This document shows, piece after piece, positions 9,337-17,159 of a DNA stretch of 64,000 nucleotides (its first letter is position 1; each line of letters begins with the position of its first letter). This DNA comes from an uncultured Thermoplasmatales archaeon (GTDB lineage Archaea; Thermoplasmatota; E2; UBA202; DSCA01): the NCBI GenBank assembly GCA_964514975.1, contig CAZESS010000002.1, forward strand, positions 24,958-88,957. Reading direction: 5' to 3'. The position numbers were made by a program, and so were the translations under genes. The notes beneath the pieces are model-generated. The model did not search any database. It saw only the letters and a list, made by a program, of their open reading frames with translations, and was not told the origin of the DNA.

Positions 9337-10131
9337 TTATTCGTCGCTGACGAGGGCATACCAGTCATCGGCGTTCCGGGCTTTTTTAAGGCGTTTCTCA
9401 GCGAGCCGTGGCCGGTAAAATCCGGAAACAAACCGCGGCAGACTGTAATAATCCGTTCTGTCGGAAGACAGGGGGAAACTCTCCCATATCCATTCATCCG
9501 GCAGATCAGGATGGGCGGCTTCGAAGCCTTTCGCCCAGGCGACGAAGCCCCACCCGGCGACCTGCTCCACGGTTTCATGAGAAATGTCCTGGACGAGTGC
9601 GAGCACCTCAAGAAGCAGGTCGACGTCCTGTATTTCTAGGTGTGGTGTGGTCCCAAGATAGGATTCGGTTTCCCGGTACCGCGTATGCTCCTCGATGCAG
9701 TGGAGAAATGCCTGTGGCGTAGGCGCCGTCACTATATCAAGCCATGGGCGGCTTCGGAGCCCTACGGTAGCGAGGAAGCGCCGAATCTTCAGGGGAACGG
9801 CATCCAGCCGGGGGTCTGACCATCCTGGCTCAAATGTGCCCTCCATCCCTCTACATTTCTCTGCCAGCGAGGGTGTGTGTTTCACATAACATGCAAGGGC
9901 GTAGACATGTTTGCAGGGAAACATCTCGTCCGGACAACTGCACGAAGAGGTATGGACCGGTGTGAGAGCTATCTGGACATCATAGTTATGGGTACCCCTG
10001 ACTGTAGCCCTGATGTATCTGTCGTCGATACTGATGTTTCCGACCTGCCCCTGCTCAAAATACGTTCTACCTCTCTCAGCTCGTCCACCCTGCCGTGTCG
10101 TGAGTTTTATAAGCCATGCTGTTTGAGACAT
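9337..10131 (-). CDS. SWIM zinc-finger domain protein
   Basis: 'CSCPDEMFPCKHVYALACY' matches the CxC...CxH SWIM motif. Confidence 0.6.
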   Translation of the reverse strand: MSQTAWLIKLTTRQGGRAERGRTYFEQGQVGNISIDDRYIRATVRGTHNYDVQIALTPVHTSSCSCPDEMFPCKHVYALACYVKHTPSLAEKCRGMEGTFEPGWSDPRLDAVPLKIRRFLATVGLRSRPWLDIVTAPTPQAFLHCIEEHTRYRETESYLGTTPHLEIQDVDLLLEVLALVQDISHETVEQVAGWGFVAWAKGFEAAHPDLPDEWIWESFPLSSDRTDYYSLPRFVSGFYRPRLAEKRLKKARNADDWYALVSDE

Positions 10132-10144
10132 GCAGCCCCCTCGT

Positions 10145-10585
10145 TCACTCCAAAGGTTGATACTGTTCGGGCGGTATCCCGGTTTTGTCTACCACTATAA
10201 TGGTACCGTCCGACGAATCGGCTTCTTCAGTATTCAGTAGCTTGGTGACGAAATGCCATTCGTCCCCATAATCGAAGAGATAGAGCATCTTTTTTCCTTT
10301 CCGGTCATATACCTCCTCTACAGTGGTTTCCTCAACGCTGCCATAATCGCTCTCCATGTCCATGTCTGCGAAGAGCTCGTATCCCTCCTCCGCTTCCGTG
10401 TATCGTGGCGCGTCATAGAACCCGAAAGGATGGTCGAAGTGGAAGCCAATGCTGTCATTTATCGCCCTCGCAAAACGATACAGTGTTGTGTCCCCGGGCA
10501 TCCTGAATGTTCTCGAAACCACTCCCTCAACCTTGCCGAACGAGTCAGCCATGGTCACTTTCACGAGCAGCATATTCTGAGGCAT
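10145..10585 (-). CDS. plasmid pRiA4b ORF-3-like family protein
   Basis: 'MLYLFDYGDEWHF' matches that family's hallmark; adjacent to the SWIM protein, a commonly seen pairing. Confidence 0.5.
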   Translation of the reverse strand: MPQNMLLVKVTMADSFGKVEGVVSRTFRMPGDTTLYRFARAINDSIGFHFDHPFGFYDAPRYTEAEEGYELFADMDMESDYGSVEETTVEEVYDRKGKKMLYLFDYGDEWHFVTKLLNTEEADSSDGTIIVVDKTGIPPEQYQPLE

Positions 10586-10656
10586 AAAAGAGTAAATGGT
10601 GTGCGTTGCTAAATATCTTTACCCCGTACGGGAGACCATGGTTTTCTCCTCGCTGG

Positions 10657-10842
10657 CTACTTGTCGGAGAACAGCTCGCCGGCGTGCCCCCAGTTGGAGG
10701 GCTCTATCTCGCGGATGATGACGTAGACGGAGCCCGGGTCCTTGCCGGCGACGTCTTGCAGCGTTCGGGTGAAACGGCGGGTTATCTCGGCTTTTTGCTG
10801 GTGGGACAGCCTGCCCAGCGTTTTGAGTTCCACAACTGGCAT
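10657..10842 (-). CDS. 4-oxalocrotonate tautomerase family protein
   Basis: 61 aa, N-terminal 'MPVVELKTL' (Pro1 after Met removal), 'VYVIIREIEPSNWGHAG'. Confidence 0.8.
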   Translation of the reverse strand: MPVVELKTLGRLSHQQKAEITRRFTRTLQDVAGKDPGSVYVIIREIEPSNWGHAGELFSDK

Positions 10843-10875
10843 ACTGCTGTATCACATCCGGGTATTCAAGCTTTG

Positions 10876-11505
10876 CTACACGACATCAAGCAGCCGGATG
10901 CCATCCACGGCCAGCCATCCGGCCATGACGAGGAGGAGGACGGCCAGCAGCCGGGCAACCAGCCGGTAGCCATGGCCGACGAGGAGCCGACGGGAGCGCG
11001 ACGCCAGGATGGCGACGGCGAGCTTAGCGCCGATGAGACTGCCGTAGAACGCGATGAGGAAGACAACCGCGGTCCCGGCATCGCTCATCCAGGCGTCGAC
11101 CAGGAGCGGGGCGCCCACCGAGAACCAGAAGAGATAGGGATTCGGGTTGAGCACGTTGGCGGCGATGCCCTTGAACAGCGACCGCGGCGGCTCGTCATCC
11201 GCCGGGATTTCAACGGAGAAACTCCGGTATGCAAGATAGCAGAGAAACAGGCTGCCGGTAAGCGAAATGGCGCCCAGGACGCCGTGGAACGCAGCCAGCT
11301 GGGCGAGCACCAGGACCGTAATGGCAACGATGGGGGCATCGCTGAACAGCGGAGCAACGGCGACGCGCATGCCCGCCCGACGGCCATGCCGGATGGCTTC
11401 GCTGACCACCAAGGTGAGCAACGGGCCGGGGAGCAGACCCGCGGGCAGCCCGAGCGCGATGCCTTTGACCAGCAGGGCCAGGTGGGGTTCCATGGGTGGC
11501 AACAT
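10876..11505 (-). CDS. LysE/RhtB-type amino-acid exporter
   Basis: About 200 aa with 6 TM helices; 'GIALGLPAGLLPGPLLTLVVSEAIRHGRRAG' resembles the LysE family N-terminus. Confidence 0.6.
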   Translation of the reverse strand: MLPPMEPHLALLVKGIALGLPAGLLPGPLLTLVVSEAIRHGRRAGMRVAVAPLFSDAPIVAITVLVLAQLAAFHGVLGAISLTGSLFLCYLAYRSFSVEIPADDEPPRSLFKGIAANVLNPNPYLFWFSVGAPLLVDAWMSDAGTAVVFLIAFYGSLIGAKLAVAILASRSRRLLVGHGYRLVARLLAVLLLVMAGWLAVDGIRLLDVV

Positions 11506-11542
11506 CGCGGGGCTTTAAATGGTTTCACCGTCGGCCCGGGTT

Positions 11543-12673
11543 TCAGGGCTCGTAGCCGTAGGCGTCGAAGACGGGGCGCCACCGCTGGTAGACACGTTCC
11601 TTGGTCTCCTCGTCGAGATGGTAGGCGTCCGGCGTGAAGTCGAACTGCCGGTCGATGTATGCGCTGGACATGGGGGCTGCCCTGTCGAATCCGGGGAGGT
11701 CGAGCGCTTCATAGACGTGGCGGGTTTCGTTGAGCGGGTCGGCAATGAAGTCCTGGTAGCGGATTTCGGTGAGCTGTCCGTCGGGTATCAACCCGCGGTC
11801 GCTGAGGTATCTGGTGAAGAAGCGCTGGTAGAAGTCAACCATGTGCTGCTCGAGCTCGTCCTCGCCGGGGGGATTCTGCAGGCAGTAGAGGGGGACGGCG
11901 ATGCGCATGAACTTGAGCATTGAGGCGTAGACCTCGTAGGGATGCCGGTGGATGTGTATGAAGCGGGCGTCGGGGTACATGTCGAGGAGCAGGGGGAGGT
12001 GAACGGTGTTGTCCTGGTTTTTGAGTACCAGGCGTCTGCCGCCGGTGGCGAGCGTGATTTTCTGGAGCAGATAGTGATATGCCTGGCGCCATTCTTTCTG
12101 TACGGCGGGGGATTGCTCGTCGATGAAGACGCCGTCGTAGTATGCGGTCATCCGGCGGGGGAAACACCAGCCGTGGTAGAACGAATACGGTGTGTAGGCG
12201 CCGACGGCGTACTGGTCCTCCTGGGGCAGGTCGGCGCCCATGTCGACGTCGTCCATCGGCCGTTTTTGGGGGATGCTTTTGTCGACGACGGGTTTGAACT
12301 GGCGGTTCCACATGAGGAACAGGCCGGGGATGTATGCCTGGAAGGTTGTGAACCAGGCGAACTGCGGATCCTGTGACAGGATGTTGTGCAGGTAGGTGGT
12401 ACCGCTGCGCCAGTGGCCGATGATGAATACGGGGTCGTGCTCTATCTCGGTGGCCTGTATGGCGTCGTGGTATTTGACGTGCTCGGCGAGGCGGAAGGGC
12501 GCCATGACGCTTGAGAGCAGGAGCGTGTACAAAAAGCGAGGGAGGTATCGCCATCCGATGCGGAAGCGGTTCTGGGCGAGGAGGCGGAGGAAGTTGAGGA
12601 GATTGCTGCCGGCCAGCGGCTCTTTGGTGAACTCGAGGAGCTGTGCTGTGCCCCCGGGTGTCGTCCCCTGCAT
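11543..12673 (-). CDS. sulfotransferase family protein
   Basis: 5'-PSB P-loop 'IIGHWRSGTTYLHN' and the general layout of cytosolic sulfotransferases. Confidence 0.6.
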   Translation of the reverse strand: MQGTTPGGTAQLLEFTKEPLAGSNLLNFLRLLAQNRFRIGWRYLPRFLYTLLLSSVMAPFRLAEHVKYHDAIQATEIEHDPVFIIGHWRSGTTYLHNILSQDPQFAWFTTFQAYIPGLFLMWNRQFKPVVDKSIPQKRPMDDVDMGADLPQEDQYAVGAYTPYSFYHGWCFPRRMTAYYDGVFIDEQSPAVQKEWRQAYHYLLQKITLATGGRRLVLKNQDNTVHLPLLLDMYPDARFIHIHRHPYEVYASMLKFMRIAVPLYCLQNPPGEDELEQHMVDFYQRFFTRYLSDRGLIPDGQLTEIRYQDFIADPLNETRHVYEALDLPGFDRAAPMSSAYIDRQFDFTPDAYHLDEETKERVYQRWRPVFDAYGYEP

Positions 12674-12697
12674 CCTGCTGGAACTCCCCGGATGTTA

Positions 12698-12915
12698 TAT
12701 ATTTTGTGCGCGCTGCCCCTGCATCTGTTTGAGGTCGGCGATGGTGGCGAAGTCGAGCAGGCCGACATCGCTGACGGCCAGGACGTGGAAGCGGTCGACA
12801 TCAACGGTGTGCAGGTAGCAGGGCATCGACAATGTGGCGCCGACCTCGTCGCGGAGCTTGATGAAGGGATGCTCGTGGGCGAGCAGCAGCCTGCCATCCC
12901 CGGGGACGTCCCCGG
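12698..12915 (-). pseudogene. C-terminal fragment of a metallophosphoesterase (paralogous to MPE gene 16434-17159)
   Basis: Minus-strand translation '...LLLAHEHPFIKLRDEVGATLSMPCYLHTVDVDRFHVLAVSDVGLLDFATIADLKQMQG*' aligns with the C-terminus of 16434-17159 at DNA and protein level, lacking a 32-aa insert. No N-terminal part present; abuts the amidohydrolase gene end. Confidence 0.6.
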
Positions 12916-12950
12916 CAGGCCATGATGGTATGCCGCCGGAAGGGCGATAT

Positions 12951-14618
12951 CTATGTGGCGTCTTGCCGGTACACGATGGTTCCGTTGAAAATGGTCATTG
13001 CAACCGCTGCCGTGTCGATGCCCGCTGCCGGCTTTTCGAAAATATTTTGGTCCAGCACCACGATGTCTGCTTTTTTCCCCGGCTCGAGGGTGCCGACCGT
13101 GTCCTCCATGAAATTCTGTATCGCCCCGCCGGAGCAGTGACATCGGATTGCCCGCTTGAGGTCCATCCGTTGCCGTGGCTCGTAGGATTGTTCCGTGCTG
13201 TCGTCGGGGTCTTTCCGTGTCACGGCGGTGCCGACGGCGATCAGCGGGTTCATGGTGCTGGAAACGGTTCCCCATGGCCAGTCCGATCCAAAGGAAACCA
13301 TGGCACCTTTGTGTATGAAATCTTCGATGAGATATCGCCGGTCGGCCCGTGTCCGCCCCATGAGCGGTATCGTCTCGTCGTAATAGTTTTCGTCCATGTA
13401 AAACCAGGCCGGCTGAAAACAGGCGATGACACCGAGTTTTGGAAACCGCTGTATGTCGGTTTCGCTCACGATTTCCAGATGCGCCAGGGTGTGCCGTGTA
13501 TCTCTCCCGCCATTCTGTTCAGCGGCATGGACAAGGCCGTCGAGTGCCTCCCTGGTTGCGCCTCCCCCGATCGAGTGAACATGTATCTGGACGTCATGTT
13601 TGTCCAGCGCGGCGGCAATGTGCTTGTACTCGTCCGGGCTCCAGACCGGGCTCCCTCGATAGTTTTCCCTGTCCTTGTATGACTCCAGCAGGAAACCGGT
13701 GTGTCCCTCGACGGCGCCATCCATGAAAATCTTGGCGACCCCGAGTTTGTATCGGGTTCCATGGCCAACGGTTTCGCGGGCGCGGAGCATGTCAGATATC
13801 TGCTTGATGCCCTGTGAGGGGTCGCAGACATAGCTTCCATGGAGCCGGATGGTGAGCTCCCCATTGTCGTCCATCTCTTTTACTGCCTGGAAGGCGTTCC
13901 ACTGGTCCGTGTTGAGGACGCCGGCGTCGAACACCGAGGTTATCCCGTGCTGCGCCGCTTTCCGCATATAGGTTTTCAGTGCCTGTTTCCAGTCTTTTTT
14001 GGTTGGCTGGGGAAGCCTGGTGGTAACCAGTCGGATCGCCGGCATTTCACGGAGACAGCCCCATGGCTCCGCTGTGCCGGGATGTCGTTCGATATGTCCG
14101 CCATCCGGGTCAGCCGTCTGTTTTGTGATCCCGGCGACGTCCAGTGCCTTTGTGTTCACCCAGCAGGAATGATAATCGATGGAGAGGAAATAGGCAGGGA
14201 TGTCCGGCAGGATGTCGTCCAGTGTTTCTTTGCGGGGACCACAGGATGGAAACGGTGAATGTATCCATCCAAACCCGAAAATGTGTGACGCATCTTGATG
14301 CTCTTGTGCATACGCCTGGATGGTTTTCACGTATTCCTGTTTGCTGGATGCACCGGTTAAAAGACAGCCGTTCATCAGCCGTCCGCCCATCAAGGCGTGG
14401 CAGTGGGCGTCGCAGAAGCCCGGGAGAACAGCGTGCCCGTCAACGTCGATAACCCGGGTGTCGGGCCCGGCCAGGGATGAAACATCGTCGGGGTCTCCGA
14501 CATACGTGATATTGTCATCCTTGATAGCGAGCGTGGTAACGAATCGGTCCTCGTCATCGAGCGTGTAGATGGTGCCATTTGTGAGGACGATGTCGGCATC
14601 GTGTTGTGATTCTGTCAT
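12951..14618 (-). CDS. amidohydrolase family (Amidohydro_3/YtcJ-like) metal-dependent hydrolase
   Basis: 'VLPGFCDAHCHAL' metal-binding motif; 555 aa; 'KIFMDGAVEGHTGFL', 'HVHSIGGGATREALDG'. Confidence 0.65.
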   Translation of the reverse strand: MTESQHDADIVLTNGTIYTLDDEDRFVTTLAIKDDNITYVGDPDDVSSLAGPDTRVIDVDGHAVLPGFCDAHCHALMGGRLMNGCLLTGASSKQEYVKTIQAYAQEHQDASHIFGFGWIHSPFPSCGPRKETLDDILPDIPAYFLSIDYHSCWVNTKALDVAGITKQTADPDGGHIERHPGTAEPWGCLREMPAIRLVTTRLPQPTKKDWKQALKTYMRKAAQHGITSVFDAGVLNTDQWNAFQAVKEMDDNGELTIRLHGSYVCDPSQGIKQISDMLRARETVGHGTRYKLGVAKIFMDGAVEGHTGFLLESYKDRENYRGSPVWSPDEYKHIAAALDKHDVQIHVHSIGGGATREALDGLVHAAEQNGGRDTRHTLAHLEIVSETDIQRFPKLGVIACFQPAWFYMDENYYDETIPLMGRTRADRRYLIEDFIHKGAMVSFGSDWPWGTVSSTMNPLIAVGTAVTRKDPDDSTEQSYEPRQRMDLKRAIRCHCSGGAIQNFMEDTVGTLEPGKKADIVVLDQNIFEKPAAGIDTAAVAMTIFNGTIVYRQDAT

Positions 14619-14648
14619 GTTTTTTCATCTCCCGCCGGAACAGGATGG

Positions 14649-16232
14649 TCACTCCGGGCTGGGTTTCGGCAGTGGTTTTTCAGATGTGGAGAAGATCTCC
14701 TCGAAGGTATCTCGTTTTTTGATGACCGCGATAATCTCGTCCTCGTCGGCCAGCACCCGGGCGGGCCGTGGAAACGAGTTGGTGTTCGCCGCGAAAAAGC
14801 TGGGGTCGTATGCCCCCGTGTGGTAGCAGCCGAGGATGTCGCATCTCTCTGGCTTCCGCTGGAGGAATACCTTGTATTTGGATATGATGTCGCCGGAGTA
14901 GCACAGGTTCCCGGCGAGGAAGGTTTCAAATGGTTCATCGTCTGTCCTGAACGGGTCGTTCAGCACCGTCCAGTGGTTCACCGGGGGAAGCAGCATGGCG
15001 GTTGCAAAGTTTGTCACATTGGCTTCAACCGTCGTAAGATAGTGGTGCTCCGCCACGCTTCGGACATGGCTGACCTGTACGAGCGTGATGCCGGAGTCCT
15101 CGGCGATGCTCCGGCCGGGTTCGATAACCAGCTTGGGGTCTCCCAGCTCATGCAGTGCCTCTTTGAACGGCAGTTTTTGTCCGTTGACGGTTATGGAGCC
15201 GGTTAATACCTCTTCAAGCATTTGTTCCCTTGGATAGTCGGAATACATTTTTTCTCCGCTCCACTCCTCGGGGTTGATGGTTCCGTCTTTTTCTACCGCC
15301 AGACCGCCATGCTCGTTGTTCCAGACAAATGCTTTCGAGTGGTCGCCCTGCTGCCCGGCAAGATATCCGGCTTTCACCCGGTCGACGAGATAGGTCCATT
15401 CTTTTTTGTTCACATATTCCGCGGGAAACCCTCCGCCGATGTTGACAACCCTGCAGTCTCCGCCTTCCTGCTCGAGCAGGTGGCACAGTTCGATCAGTTT
15501 GCCGATAGCCGTCAGGTATGCCGACGGGTCGGCTATCTGGGAGCCGACATGGGTATGGAACCCCTGCATGTCTAGATGCGGAAAGTCATCGAGATTCCGG
15601 ATGATATCGGGGACGTGTTCGATGTTTTCACCGAATTTCGACCAGACCCCTGCGGTAAAGATATTTGCGTCGGTCACTCCCTTCATGGAAAAACCGGCGA
15701 TGCGGAGGGCAACACGTGCCCGTTTCCCCTCCTGTGCTGCGACGCTGTTGATGTTTTTCATTTCCTCGTAGCTATCCGCGATGAAGAACATGTTCCGCCG
15801 TACCCCTTCATGGATCAACGCGTCGGATTTCGCGTTGCCGTTGACATCGAGGTCTTCCGGGTCTACGCCTCCCTGCAACGCTGCTTTCATCTCGTTTATG
15901 GATGCAACATCTGCACCGATGCCTTCGTTGGCGATGAGTCGAAACACCGCGGGATGCGCGTTTACTTTTCCGGCGAACCGGATGTGGCCGTTCGGGTAAT
16001 GGGCATCGAAAACACGCTTGAACCGTCGTATGTTCTCCCGCAGTATCGGGGCATAGAAAATATGTAGCGGGACACCGTATTCCTGTTTCCACCAGGAGAG
16101 CGGCTTGCCCGCGATTTCAATCTCGCCATCGGATGCCCGGACAAACCCCATCTCGTCAACCTTGAGCGTGCCCCACTCGAATCCCGCTTCCTCGTTCCGC
16201 TCGGGAATTCCCGCGTATTTGCCAAAATTCAT
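14649..16232 (-). CDS. PLP-dependent decarboxylase, Orn/DAP/Arg decarboxylase family 2 (large form)
   Basis: Fold-type III decarboxylase layout: 'FAGKVNAHPAVFRL' (Lys-PLP region), 'GGGFP', 'EPGRSI', 'CYSGD'. Confidence 0.55.
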   Translation of the reverse strand: MNFGKYAGIPERNEEAGFEWGTLKVDEMGFVRASDGEIEIAGKPLSWWKQEYGVPLHIFYAPILRENIRRFKRVFDAHYPNGHIRFAGKVNAHPAVFRLIANEGIGADVASINEMKAALQGGVDPEDLDVNGNAKSDALIHEGVRRNMFFIADSYEEMKNINSVAAQEGKRARVALRIAGFSMKGVTDANIFTAGVWSKFGENIEHVPDIIRNLDDFPHLDMQGFHTHVGSQIADPSAYLTAIGKLIELCHLLEQEGGDCRVVNIGGGFPAEYVNKKEWTYLVDRVKAGYLAGQQGDHSKAFVWNNEHGGLAVEKDGTINPEEWSGEKMYSDYPREQMLEEVLTGSITVNGQKLPFKEALHELGDPKLVIEPGRSIAEDSGITLVQVSHVRSVAEHHYLTTVEANVTNFATAMLLPPVNHWTVLNDPFRTDDEPFETFLAGNLCYSGDIISKYKVFLQRKPERCDILGCYHTGAYDPSFFAANTNSFPRPARVLADEDEIIAVIKKRDTFEEIFSTSEKPLPKPSPE

Positions 16233-16433
16233 ACATGAAATGTTAACCGTGTTTAATTATCTTTGCACGACACAATAAAATGTTTTGTTTTTAAACGTAT
16301 ACCCGGGTGATGGACATCCTTATTCAACACAGCACATGTTCCACAACAGGGGCCAACGCGGTCACACGGGTACGGCCGGCGACATCATCCAGCGCCCCTG
16401 ACCGGCATGATACCTCAAAAAGAGGGCAGACAT

Positions 16434-17159
16434 TCATGGCCGATACATGGCCTTGAGGTCGCCGATGGTCGCGAAGTCGAGCAGGCCGAGGTCGCTGATC
16501 GCCAGGACGTTGAAGGCATCGACGTCGACGGAGTGCAGCAACGGCGACAAGTAGTCACCGGGCATCGCATCTGAGACATCGGTGCCCGACACGATGGGGG
16601 AAAACGCGGGCATGACCGCCACGTCGTCGGTGTACAGGTAGCAGGGCATCGACAGGGTGGCACCGACCTCGTCCCGGAGCTTGATGAAGGGATGCTCATG
16701 GGCGAGAAGCGTTCTGTCGCCGCGGGGCACATCGTCACGATGGCCATGGGTAACGGTGACATCGCCCATGTCGTAGCGCCAGGTCATGGAGACATCATGC
16801 CGGACGGCGATGGTCTTCAAAAAGTTGTCATGGTTGCCCCGGACGAGGTGGACGTCATGTTCGTCGGCGAGAAAGGAAAGCATGGCATTGACCTCGCGCC
16901 ATTCCTGCCGGAGGTTGCGGCTGAAGTTGTGCTTGAAGTCGCCGTTGATCACGATGCAGCAAGGGTCATACCGGTCGAGGATATGCTCCAGCCGCTCGGA
17001 GATGACGCGGTCCTGGTAGCGGGGCATCGCGACGCCGTCCATGCGGAGCACGGCCTCGTAGCCCAGGTGGAGGTCGGCGATGATGACGGCATCCTGCTCG
17101 GGCATCCAGATGCATCGCTCCTCTGTGGCATGGACATCCGGCCACAGTTCCTCAGGCAT
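16434..17159 (-). CDS. metallophosphoesterase partnered with Lhr (MPE)
   Basis: Calcineurin-like motifs 'IADLHLG', 'INGDF', 'VRGNHD', 'THGH'; 8-nt overlap with the upstream Lhr helicase gene. Confidence 0.75.
   Translation of the reverse strand: MPEELWPDVHATEERCIWMPEQDAVIIADLHLGYEAVLRMDGVAMPRYQDRVISERLEHILDRYDPCCIVINGDFKHNFSRNLRQEWREVNAMLSFLADEHDVHLVRGNHDNFLKTIAVRHDVSMTWRYDMGDVTVTHGHRDDVPRGDRTLLAHEHPFIKLRDEVGATLSMPCYLYTDDVAVMPAFSPIVSGTDVSDAMPGDYLSPLLHSVDVDAFNVLAISDLGLLDFATIGDLKAMYRP

Noticed and set aside
10606-11637. 343-aa plus-strand ORF spanning tautomerase and LysE regions
   Set aside because: Gly/Arg/Asp-rich antisense artefact; opposite-strand genes have recognisable family motifs.
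12442-13275. 277-aa minus-strand ORF covering sulfotransferase 5' end, the MPE fragment and amidohydrolase 3' end
   Set aside because: Out-of-frame artefact; the in-frame readings give recognisable proteins, and the middle part is explained by the MPE-fragment homology.
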